Part shown: in pieces, positions 56,125 through 64,000 of the stretch
How positions within the stretch are numbered: the first letter of the stretch is position 1
Layout of the letters: each line of letters opens with the position of its first letter
From: Gammaproteobacteria bacterium
Lineage (GTDB): Bacteria; Pseudomonadota; Gammaproteobacteria; Eutrophobiales; Eutrophobiaceae
Direction: 5' to 3'
Length of the DNA: 64,000 nt
NCBI GenBank assembly: GCA_965221695.1
Contig: OZ244905.1
Span: 96,001-160,000 of the forward strand
Made by a program: the position numbers and the translations under genes
Notes under the pieces: model-generated
Told to the model about the DNA's origin: nothing
The model's input: the letters and a program-made list of their open reading frames with translations, nothing else
The model's database searches: none

Positions 56125-58317
56125 ATGATAAGCCGCCGTAATTTTTTAGGAATGACCACCGGCCTGACTGTTGGTTTCAGTATCGGTTCCATGTCCGGAT
56201 GTGATTACTCCTTCGTCTTGCCGGCGCCTGAGCAGCACAGCATCACTCCCAATGCCTGGGTCAACATTGCTGGCGACGGCATCATTACGATTTTCTCTCC
56301 CGTGGATGAGCTTGGACAGGGGTCGATGACTGCGCTGCCCGTCATATTCGCTGAAGAACTGGATGCCGACTGGGACGATGTGCGCATCGAAATGTCGCCT
56401 TCCGACCCGGAGATTTATGGCAATCCCGGTTTTTTCGGCTTGATTTACACGGCCGCAAGCACGGCTGTGTCAGGCTATTATCAACAGTTGCGCCATTTCG
56501 GCGCCAAGACGCGCCAGATTTTACTGCAGAACGCGGCGCAGGCATGGCAGGTTCCCATCACTGAATTGTCTACCGAACCCAGCCTGGTGAGGCACAATCG
56601 CAGCGGTAGAAAACTTACCTATGGCGAGATTGCAAAGTTCGGCAGGCTACCTGATAGCGAGCCAGAGGTCATGGAGGCGGACTTGAAAGATCCGGCTTCT
56701 TTTCGTCTGATTGGGCATTCCATCCCGCGCCATGACATTCCTGACAAGGTATCGGGTATTTCCAGCTACTCTATTAATAAACGGTTGCCGGGTATGATCC
56801 ATGCGACGGCAGTTCGCTCCCCGATCATGGGCGCAGGACCACTGGCAGTAAATGATAAGGCAGCTCTTGAGGTCACTGGCGTGCAAGGGGTGTATCGGCG
56901 GGAGCGTAGTGTCATCATCGCAGCGGACAGCGGCGCGGCAGCGCTCAAAGCCAGGCGCCGGCTGCAGGTTGATTGGACTCCGGTTGGAGATGTCAACTAT
57001 TTCGACAGCGAACGCGCGCTCAGACAACACGCAGACCTGGCCCGCAACCTGGCGCATAAGGGAGAAATATGGAACCAACAAGGCGATACGGCTGCGGCAT
57101 TCAAGGCGGCCGAGAACACCATTGAAAGGGCATACCTGTCGGACTATGTATACCACGCGCAATTGGAGCCGCTTAATTCCGTCGTCCGGGTTGATGAGAG
57201 CGGACAGGAGGCGGAGGCATGGGTGGGCACTCAGGCGCCGGCACACACCATCAGGGCTATAGCAAAGGCCACTGGCGTGGAACCGAGCCGGGTCAAACTG
57301 CATCGCGCCATGCTGGGCGGCGGTTTCGGAAGGCGCAGTATCAGCGAGATGGACTTCGTCGATGATGCGGCCTGGTTGTCGAAGCACACGGGCACACCTG
57401 TCAAGCTGACCTGGAGTCGCGAAGATGATATCGCGGCCGGCTGGTTCAAGCCTGCTACCGGTCAGTTTCTGCGCGCCGGTCTTGATGGTCGGAGAAAAAT
57501 CAACGCTTGGCATCACCGGGTCGCGGTGCAGGAACCGTTAACTACCGCAGAGCCTGCCATCTATGAATCTGTCAACCGTCGTCCGGTGATATCCATGCCC
57601 GGTTCCGACCATCTGGAATACGATTTCCCTAACCAGTTCGTTGAACATCTGCCTTTGGAACCCGGTATCAGGACTTTCTCAGTGATGGCTGTGGGCTTTA
57701 CCCCGAATAAGTTTGCAGTGGAATCATTCGTTGACGAGGTGGCTACGCAACAAGGAACCGATGCCTTGGAGTTCCGGCTGCGTCATTTGCAGGGTTCTAC
57801 GCGAGGGCAACGTGTGTTGGAGAAGGTTGCCAATATGGCCGGCTGGTCGCGCGGCAGACAAGATGATCATGAACTGGGGATCGCGTTCGCCGAATATCAC
57901 CATAGCTTGATTGCCGGCATTGCCGAAATCTCTCTTAAGGATGATTTGATCAAGGTCCACGACATATGGGTCGCCATCGATCCGGGGATCGCGGTCCAAC
58001 CTGACAACATACGGGGTCAAGTCATGGGAGCAGTGGTGTATGGGCTGGGCAACGCGCTGACCGAACGCATCACATTCGTGAACGGGTTAGCGCAGCAAAC
58101 TAATTTCAACGATTATCCGCTACCCACTATGGCAGATACGCCCCGGGTTCATATTGAAATTATACCTGGCGGCGATAAACCAAGCGCGGTGGGGCAGACT
58201 GGCGCAGTTCTGGTTGCGCCGGCCGTCGCAAACGCGTTCGAACGTTTAACGGGCAAGCGCTTGCGACATATGCCGTTCATTAGGGAGCGCGTCAGGGAAG
58301 CGTTAGGAGCTTCGTGA
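56125..58317 (+). CDS. Molybdopterin-binding large subunit (isoquinoline 1-oxidoreductase beta/aldehyde oxidase type)
   Basis: SRRNFL signal, ELGQG, AEELDADW, LGGGFGRR, WSREDD, AP.VANA....TG.R.R. Confidence 0.9.
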   Translation: MISRRNFLGMTTGLTVGFSIGSMSGCDYSFVLPAPEQHSITPNAWVNIAGDGIITIFSPVDELGQGSMTALPVIFAEELDADWDDVRIEMSPSDPEIYGNPGFFGLIYTAASTAVSGYYQQLRHFGAKTRQILLQNAAQAWQVPITELSTEPSLVRHNRSGRKLTYGEIAKFGRLPDSEPEVMEADLKDPASFRLIGHSIPRHDIPDKVSGISSYSINKRLPGMIHATAVRSPIMGAGPLAVNDKAALEVTGVQGVYRRERSVIIAADSGAAALKARRRLQVDWTPVGDVNYFDSERALRQHADLARNLAHKGEIWNQQGDTAAAFKAAENTIERAYLSDYVYHAQLEPLNSVVRVDESGQEAEAWVGTQAPAHTIRAIAKATGVEPSRVKLHRAMLGGGFGRRSISEMDFVDDAAWLSKHTGTPVKLTWSREDDIAAGWFKPATGQFLRAGLDGRRKINAWHHRVAVQEPLTTAEPAIYESVNRRPVISMPGSDHLEYDFPNQFVEHLPLEPGIRTFSVMAVGFTPNKFAVESFVDEVATQQGTDALEFRLRHLQGSTRGQRVLEKVANMAGWSRGRQDDHELGIAFAEYHHSLIAGIAEISLKDDLIKVHDIWVAIDPGIAVQPDNIRGQVMGAVVYGLGNALTERITFVNGLAQQTNFNDYPLPTMADTPRVHIEIIPGGDKPSAVGQTGAVLVAPAVANAFERLTGKRLRHMPFIRERVREALGAS

Positions 58318-58458
58318 TATTGCCCCCGGGAGTGCGGATGTTCCGCTTGCGTCAATCAGTCGAAGGTCAGGTCTACAGCGGTAGGCCGTGACCGCGCCGG
58401 CGATAGCTAGATAGGTAGCGAAACACACTGGGAACAGCGCCGCGCTCCCTGGCGCGGG

Positions 58459-59652
58459 TTAATGCCACAGCGCGCGCAGGAGCTTTGTGGCCTCGGCAAG
58501 GCTTTCCAGGTTATGCGCTGGGATAAAATAATCCAGGAAGGGCAGGGCGGTCTGCATGCCTCTGCATAACGGCTGGTAGTTGGCATTGCCCAGCAGAGGA
58601 TTCAACCAGATGATCCTCTGCACGCGCCGGCGCAGTTGCTCCATCTCGTTGCGCATTACATCAGCGTCTCCCTGATCCCAACCATCACTGAGGATCACTG
58701 CGATTGTGTGGGAACTCAACATCTGACTGCCCTGTTGCTCGTTCAACTCGCGCAGACAGCCGCCGATATTGGTGCCGCCGGCCCAGTCATGCACTTGTGT
58801 GGACATGTGCCGCACTACCTCGTCGATATCTTTGCGATTCAGGTAAGGGGTGATGCTGGTCATGCGGGTAGAAAATACGGCGACCTCGATGTTGGAAATC
58901 CGGGAGCCCATGGCGCAGATCAGTTGTATCAGAAAGCGGCTGTAACGCTCCATAGAGCCGCTGACGTCACAAAACAGGATGAGCTTATTCTTTTTGAGCC
59001 GGTATGTTCTATGGGCTAGTTTCAAGCAGTATTCTCCATAAGGCATGCTGCGCCGGAAAATTTTCCTGAAATCCAGTTGTGCGCCGGCTGCTGCCGGTTT
59101 GAAACGACGGCTCCTTCGATTGGCAAGGATAGCGATCAGTTCTGCAATGATTTTGCGCGCTTGTTCCAGCTCTTCGTCACTCATAGTGTCGATATCCTTT
59201 TGCGCCAGCAGTTCCTGGCTGGAATAACCGGTCTGTTCGGGCTCGGAATCGCCCTCTTGGCCGTCGTTGGCGTCCTCGGTGTGTCGCTGCTGCTGCCCTG
59301 CTTGAGTTTCGGCATCGCCTTCCCCGTTTTTCTTGTCCGGGGGCGCCGGTTCTTGCGCTGTTGCCAGGCTGTTCCAGTACTCGTTGAAGAGCAACGCGAA
59401 TAATGCCATATCTTCTTTGTTGATGATCAGTGTTGCCAGGGCCGCCGCGTAGAAATCCTGGCGGTTGGCAATATTGACATGCAGAAGGCTGCGAGCGAGG
59501 TCAATGAGGTTGGCAGGGTTGACCTCTATCCCGGCATCATGCAGTTGTCTGCCAAAGCGGATGATGTGATCGATAAACGGTAGCTTGTTGCTCGCTTCGG
59601 ATAAATCGTCGGACGCTTTGTAAGCGTTATCCGGGGCAGATAGCAACGGCAT
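58459..59652 (-). CDS. coxE: CoxE-like VWA-domain protein
   Basis: DVSGSM MIDAS, FSTR, GGTNIG, SDGWD, WLNPL; follows a MoxR ATPase. Confidence 0.82.
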   Translation of the reverse strand: MPLLSAPDNAYKASDDLSEASNKLPFIDHIIRFGRQLHDAGIEVNPANLIDLARSLLHVNIANRQDFYAAALATLIINKEDMALFALLFNEYWNSLATAQEPAPPDKKNGEGDAETQAGQQQRHTEDANDGQEGDSEPEQTGYSSQELLAQKDIDTMSDEELEQARKIIAELIAILANRRSRRFKPAAAGAQLDFRKIFRRSMPYGEYCLKLAHRTYRLKKNKLILFCDVSGSMERYSRFLIQLICAMGSRISNIEVAVFSTRMTSITPYLNRKDIDEVVRHMSTQVHDWAGGTNIGGCLRELNEQQGSQMLSSHTIAVILSDGWDQGDADVMRNEMEQLRRRVQRIIWLNPLLGNANYQPLCRGMQTALPFLDYFIPAHNLESLAEATKLLRALWH

Positions 59653-60576
59653 TCAGTTGATGCTTCCCTGGGCGCTGACTGTCGGGCCGCCCTTGAAGTT
59701 TTTTGTAAGAGCCAACGCTTTTTGCAAGTTGTCGCCGGCCAGTTTTTCCTGGTCCTGGCGGTATTTCAATATACAACTCAGGGTCGCTTCGATCACTTCC
59801 TGATCCAGGTCTTCTATTCCCAATGACAGCAACGCATTGGCCCAATCCAGAGTCTCGGCAATGCCAGGCCGTTTGTAGAAATCCTCTCGCCGCAGCAGTT
59901 CCATGAATTTGCATACTTGGGCGGACAATCTGGCGCGTATTTTCGGGACTTTTGTCGTGACGATATCAAGTTCCTTCTCCAGGGTGGGATAATCGATCCA
60001 GTGATACAGGCAGCGACGCTTGAGAGCATCGTGCATTTCTCGGGTTCGATTCGAGGTTAATACGACAAACGGGGGTTGTTCCGCTTTTATCGTGCCCACT
60101 TCGGGTATCGTAATCTGGAAATCTGACAATACTTCCAGCAGAAATGCCTCAAATTCATCATCGGAGCGATCAATTTCGTCGATCAGCAACACCGGTCGCC
60201 TATCCTGAAACTGGATCGCTTGCAGCAACGGCCTTTGCAACAGGAACTGTTCATCAAAAATATTGGCGCCGATTTTTTCCTTGGCAACGCCGCGGGCTTC
60301 CTGCAAGCGAACTTCCAGCATCTGCCTCAGGTAATTCCATTCGTACAGAGCGAGATTGGTGTCCAGCCCTTCGTAACACTGCAACCGTATCAACTCGGCA
60401 TCCAGACTTTTTGCCAAGACTTTGGCTACCTCGGTCTTACCAACGCCGGGCTCCCCTTCCAGGTAAAGAGGCTTGCCCAGGCAGGTCGACAGATAAATTG
60501 TGGTGGCAAGGTTACGATCGGTGATATAACCCTGCGCGGCGAACTTTTGTTCAATTTCTTCGATTGACTGGAACAT
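59653..60576 (-). CDS. coxD: CoxD-like MoxR AAA+ ATPase
   Basis: GEPGVGKT, LQCYEGLD, LLIDEID, TSNRTRE.HDALKRRC. Confidence 0.88.
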   Translation of the reverse strand: MFQSIEEIEQKFAAQGYITDRNLATTIYLSTCLGKPLYLEGEPGVGKTEVAKVLAKSLDAELIRLQCYEGLDTNLALYEWNYLRQMLEVRLQEARGVAKEKIGANIFDEQFLLQRPLLQAIQFQDRRPVLLIDEIDRSDDEFEAFLLEVLSDFQITIPEVGTIKAEQPPFVVLTSNRTREMHDALKRRCLYHWIDYPTLEKELDIVTTKVPKIRARLSAQVCKFMELLRREDFYKRPGIAETLDWANALLSLGIEDLDQEVIEATLSCILKYRQDQEKLAGDNLQKALALTKNFKGGPTVSAQGSIN

Positions 60577-60666
60577 ATTCTTGAACCTGTGTGGCTAGCC
60601 GCAACAGACGCTATTTCTAGGATGATAACACTATATCATGATAACATTCTTGATAAAGCCCATTAT

Positions 60667-60694
60667 GGAACCTCTGGATTAAGTCAGAGGTTTC
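60667..60694. repeat. Family-1 hairpin A unit
   Basis: GGAACCTCTGG-attaag-TCAGAGGTTTC. Confidence 0.75.
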
Positions 60695-60797
60695 AGCGAC
60701 TCATACTGATTTTATTCAAGACGCGGTGAAACAAATCACCGTGGAAAACCAGTGGCATGCGGATTGGTTAAGTAATGCGGTAAAGGGGAGCCATCGA

Positions 60798-62117
60798 ATG
60801 CGTGAATATATTGAAAAACTGTCAAAACGCGGTGAGCTACATGTAGTGGATCGGGAGGTAGACCCGCGGTTTGAACTGGCTGCGGTCATTGGCCGTCTAC
60901 AACGGGAGAGTGAGCGCCCGGTGTTGTTCAGGAACGTGAAAGGAACCCGTATGCCGGTGATTTCCAATATTTACGGCAGTCATAACAGGTTATGCGAGAT
61001 TATCGGGACCACTCATGGCAATTTTTGCCGTCACTGGCAGACGCTTGTCGATGATCCTGCGCCCGAGATTACTGAACCTGCGCAAATGAGCGCCACCGAG
61101 CCGGACCGTATCGAAGGGAGCATCAGCGACTTGCCGCATATCACTTATTTTGAGCATGATGCCGGACCTTATATCACTGCCGGCGTGTTTCTTGCAAAAG
61201 AGCCTGAGACAGGCGTTCCGAACCTGTCATTCTGCCGCTCGATGATGGTCGACGACAATGAGTTGCGTGTGCGCCTGGCGCCCCCGCATGATATCACTCA
61301 ATACCAAAAGAAAGCGGAGGCAAAAGATCAGCCGCTGGAGGTGGCGATACTGATTGGCCCGCCGCCGGAAATATTCATGGCAGCCTGCGCGTCCGTTCCC
61401 ATCACAACGAATGAGTTGGCGCTCGCTTCCCGAATCAAGAGAGCGCCCATCGAAATGCGCCAGTGTCGCCATATCGATATGCAAGTTCCCGCCACAACGG
61501 AAATTGTCATCGAAGGTCGCATCCTGCCACACGAACGTAAAATGGAAGGCCCGTTCGGCGAGTTTCAGGGCTATTATGTAAAACCGGCAAACAACCATGT
61601 TTTCGAGATACTGAATGTTTCATGGCGTCAAGATGCGTATTTTCACGCCTTGCTTTGCGGGTATACCGAGGATTTGCGGGCGCTGGAGGTCTCATTTGCC
61701 ACCCGCACATATAAACATATTTCGGCGGGAATACCCGGTGTATTGGATGTCAGTTGTTATCCCATGCCAATGCATACCATTGTCCGGCTTAAACCGGAAT
61801 ACGATGGCCACGCCAAGCACGTTATGATGAAAGTCTTCAGTTCCCACCTGCAGTACAATAAGGTATGTATCGTAGTGGATGAGGATGTGGATATTCATAA
61901 TTTTGAAGACGTATGGTGGGCGGTGATGACCCGTGGCCGCATAGATAAGGACCTGATGCTGCTGCCGGGCGTTCCCGGTTTTTTCCGCGACCCCGCAGGG
62001 GTTTACACCGGCCGCCTGGGAATAGATGCCACTAAACCCTTTTCCATGCGCGAGGACTTTGAAAGAAAACGCGTGCCGGGGCTGGCTGACATCAACCTCA
62101 AAGATTATTTACAGTAG
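60798..62117 (+). CDS. UbiD family prFMN-dependent (de)carboxylase
   Basis: DAGPYITAG, NLSF.R, EGPFGEF.GY, VDEDVD, GIDATKP; GGGGAG RBS before ATG 60798. Confidence 0.92.
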   Translation: MREYIEKLSKRGELHVVDREVDPRFELAAVIGRLQRESERPVLFRNVKGTRMPVISNIYGSHNRLCEIIGTTHGNFCRHWQTLVDDPAPEITEPAQMSATEPDRIEGSISDLPHITYFEHDAGPYITAGVFLAKEPETGVPNLSFCRSMMVDDNELRVRLAPPHDITQYQKKAEAKDQPLEVAILIGPPPEIFMAACASVPITTNELALASRIKRAPIEMRQCRHIDMQVPATTEIVIEGRILPHERKMEGPFGEFQGYYVKPANNHVFEILNVSWRQDAYFHALLCGYTEDLRALEVSFATRTYKHISAGIPGVLDVSCYPMPMHTIVRLKPEYDGHAKHVMMKVFSSHLQYNKVCIVVDEDVDIHNFEDVWWAVMTRGRIDKDLMLLPGVPGFFRDPAGVYTGRLGIDATKPFSMREDFERKRVPGLADINLKDYLQ

Positions 62118-62227
62118 TAAGTAGTATCACTAACTGACTTGTGCGCCATATCATTCCTGTGCAACTCCCCCGTTTTCAGGGGGCTGGCTACGGTAAAAGG
62201 TCGCCTTTCAGGCCACACCGAATTTGA

Positions 62228-62253
62228 CTGGACTCCCGCTGTTGCGGGAGTGG
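62228..62253. repeat. REP-like palindrome (same type as 14.9 kb), possible terminator between convergent genes
   Basis: ctggACTCCCGC-tgtt-GCGGGAGTgg. Confidence 0.55.
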
Positions 62254-62301
62254 TTCCGTGGCGTCAGACAATATCAGACTGAAGAACCACCCCGGTTCAT
62301 A

Positions 62302-63330
62302 TTACGGGCGCCGTAATATTTCAATCACTGCTTGCGTCATCGGGTTGGTGGATGCGCCCAAAGCATCGGTAGTACAGGACATGAAGCGCGTATTGAGATC
62401 GTCGGCATCTATTGTGCCATGCGCGCCTATTGCAACGACCTGTGATGAGGGCGCTGTATCTTCCCAGGGTTTTCCTTTGGTCAATGTTACGCGCTTGCCT
62501 GTCATTTGCACGATCACCTGTTTGTCCGGAGCTTCACGGATATGGAGTATGCCTTTGCTACGAAATACAGATGTTGGCAATGTTTGAAAGGCGCGGTAAA
62601 CCGCCTCGAATGTTAATGGCTGGGCGCATTGCCAGGAATAGCTGGAGTAGGAGTGGGTATGATCCGCATGCCGGCGCTGATGCAAAGAACCATCGTCTGT
62701 TTTTTCATCCGTCCAGTTTAATCGTTCACCGTGTAAGGTTAATCCGAGCAATAATTCCAAGGGAACATTTACGTGAATTGCGTCAATAATACGCGATTTT
62801 GGTTGTATCTCCTTTATATGTCGGTGAACATCTTTCAATGATTCCATTCCTATCAGATCAGTTTTGTTACAGATGACGATATCGGCGACGGCAATCTGAT
62901 CTTCAATCAGTCTGGTATTCAACTCATCTGCCTCCGGTGCCTCGCTGACGTCAACTACAGTGATGATCGCATCAAGGCTTGTCGTTGCGGCGAGAGTGGT
63001 TGACATCACAATAGCCATTGCAGCAGCCTTGGGGTCGGATACGCCACTGGTTTCCACAATGATCATATCGGGGCGCGGTTGTAGTTGCAGCAACTGCTCG
63101 ATTGCGGTCACCAGGTCATCGCGTATGCTGCAACATACACAGCCGTTGGCCAGGCTGATGGTTTCACCTTCCACTCGGGTGATGAGTTGAGAATCGATAT
63201 TGATTTCACCGAAATCGTTGACCAGCACACCGATACGCTTACCGTGTCGGCCATTTAGTATATGGTTTAACAGTGTGGTCTTACCGACGCCGAGAAAACC
63301 GGCGATAAGACTAACGGGTATTTTATTCAT
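62302..63330 (-). CDS. COG0523/CobW-family metallochaperone GTPase
   Basis: GFLGVGKTT, NDFGE, GCVCC, ETSG, NKTD, C-terminal R.KG CobW_C region. Confidence 0.92.
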   Translation of the reverse strand: MNKIPVSLIAGFLGVGKTTLLNHILNGRHGKRIGVLVNDFGEINIDSQLITRVEGETISLANGCVCCSIRDDLVTAIEQLLQLQPRPDMIIVETSGVSDPKAAAMAIVMSTTLAATTSLDAIITVVDVSEAPEADELNTRLIEDQIAVADIVICNKTDLIGMESLKDVHRHIKEIQPKSRIIDAIHVNVPLELLLGLTLHGERLNWTDEKTDDGSLHQRRHADHTHSYSSYSWQCAQPLTFEAVYRAFQTLPTSVFRSKGILHIREAPDKQVIVQMTGKRVTLTKGKPWEDTAPSSQVVAIGAHGTIDADDLNTRFMSCTTDALGASTNPMTQAVIEILRRP

Positions 63331-63334
63331 TCAA

Positions 63335-63397
63335 GGAACCTCTGCTTGAGTCAGAAGTTACATGCTCTGACAAGTCCGGGATGGACTTGTTCAGCTT
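63335..63397. repeat. Family-1 MITE copy with hairpins A and B only, next to the CobW start codon
   Basis: GGAACCTCTGCTTGAGTCAGAAG followed by CTCTGACAAGTCCGGGATGGACTTGTTCAG. Confidence 0.75.
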
Positions 63398-63431
63398 GCT
63401 CAAATGTAATCCTCTGACGCACACTGAGATA

Positions 63432-63513
63432 ATATATCCACAGATTACACAAGTTACGCAGATTAAGGAACCTCTGACTTAAGCGAGGCTCGCGGCGTCA
63501 TCTGTGGATATAT
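63432..63513. repeat. 14-bp inverted repeat enclosing a partial family-1 unit
   Basis: ATATATCCACAGAT (63432-63445) and ATCTGTGGATATAT (63500-63513) around TTAAGGAACCTCTGACTTAA. Confidence 0.65.
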
Positions 63514-63593
63514 AACACCTGGATTAATCTGACAATTGTAAATGATATTATTAATGATTATACTCAGGCCAGTGTTACTTCCCGATGCAGACT

Positions 63594-64000
63594 ATGAACT
63601 ATGACTTGTTAATCAGCGGCGGCAATATTGTCACTCCGGAAAAGATCTTTCAGGGCTTTATAGCTGTTAACGACGGAAAAATCAGCGCCATCGACCAGGG
63701 CGAGGCCTCTTTCTCCGCCGCTCGGACAATCGACGCGCAAGGATGCCATGTTTTGCCGGGCATTATTGACCCCCATGCTCACCTGGGTTATATGGATACG
63801 CTGGAGGCGGTGGAAACCGAAACCCGAGCCGCGGCCTGTGGTGGCGTTACCACGTTGGGGGTATATATTCTGGCTCTGAAGGAAGGCATGTTAAGACAAT
63901 TTGATCAGTTCAGGGATACTTTTGAGAGCAAGAGTTATATCGACGGTTTCTGGCACCTGATGGTCATCGACGCGCTGACCACCAGCGAGATTGAGGCCTG
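63594..64000 (+). CDS. Cyclic amidohydrolase (dihydropyrimidinase/allantoinase/dihydroorotase family), 3' end outside the window
   Basis: Not in the ORF track. Manual translation MNYDLLISGG.IVT...DGKI...IDAQG..VLPG.IDPHAH...ETRAAACGGVTT, open to the window edge. Confidence 0.85.
   Translation, partial: MNYDLLISGGNIVTPEKIFQGFIAVNDGKISAIDQGEASFSAARTIDAQGCHVLPGIIDPHAHLGYMDTLEAVETETRAAACGGVTTLGVYILALKEGMLRQFDQFRDTFESKSYIDGFWHLMVIDALTTSEIEA

Noticed and set aside
58326-58452. Imperfect inverted repeat between the Mo subunit and coxE
   Set aside because: Short, GC-rich and single-copy in the window; most likely a terminator or decayed REP.
20112-63490. Palindromic repeats as a CRISPR array or integron attC sites
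   Set aside because: Copies are kilobases apart with no regular spacers, lack GTTRRRY/RYYYAAC cores, bound multi-gene blocks on both strands, and no cas or integrase gene is present.

Overview
Gene-dense bacterial window, probably a Gram-negative proteobacterium (three TonB-dependent receptors, Tat and lipoprotein signals), with about 50 CDS and no recognisable rRNA, tRNA or CRISPR array. Most genes are accessory catabolism of amines, cyclic amides, N-heterocycles and peptides. Highlights: (1) A selenium island at 9.7-17.6 kb with a SelD fusion coupled to soxBDAG, senB/senA selenoneine genes and selA. It also holds an AhpD-like selenoprotein that the ORF track splits at an in-frame UGA (CFYU motif plus SECIS-like hairpin). 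(2) A modular family of multi-hairpin MITE-like repeats with about 12 copies, TTAA flanks and one compensatory stem change; some copies supply stop codons or an RBS to host genes. A second MITE family has a CTAA duplication. (3) An AAA-ATPase/RloB (AbiL-like) defence module lying between two copies of a 108-bp gene 3' end and bracketed by MITE ends. (4) An S-adenosylhomocysteine-hydrolase homolog with several catalytic residues replaced. (5) An archaeal-type CTP-dependent riboflavin kinase fused to a HAD phosphatase, in a window with three UbiD decarboxylases and no UbiX. All calls come from reading motifs by eye; no database searches were run.
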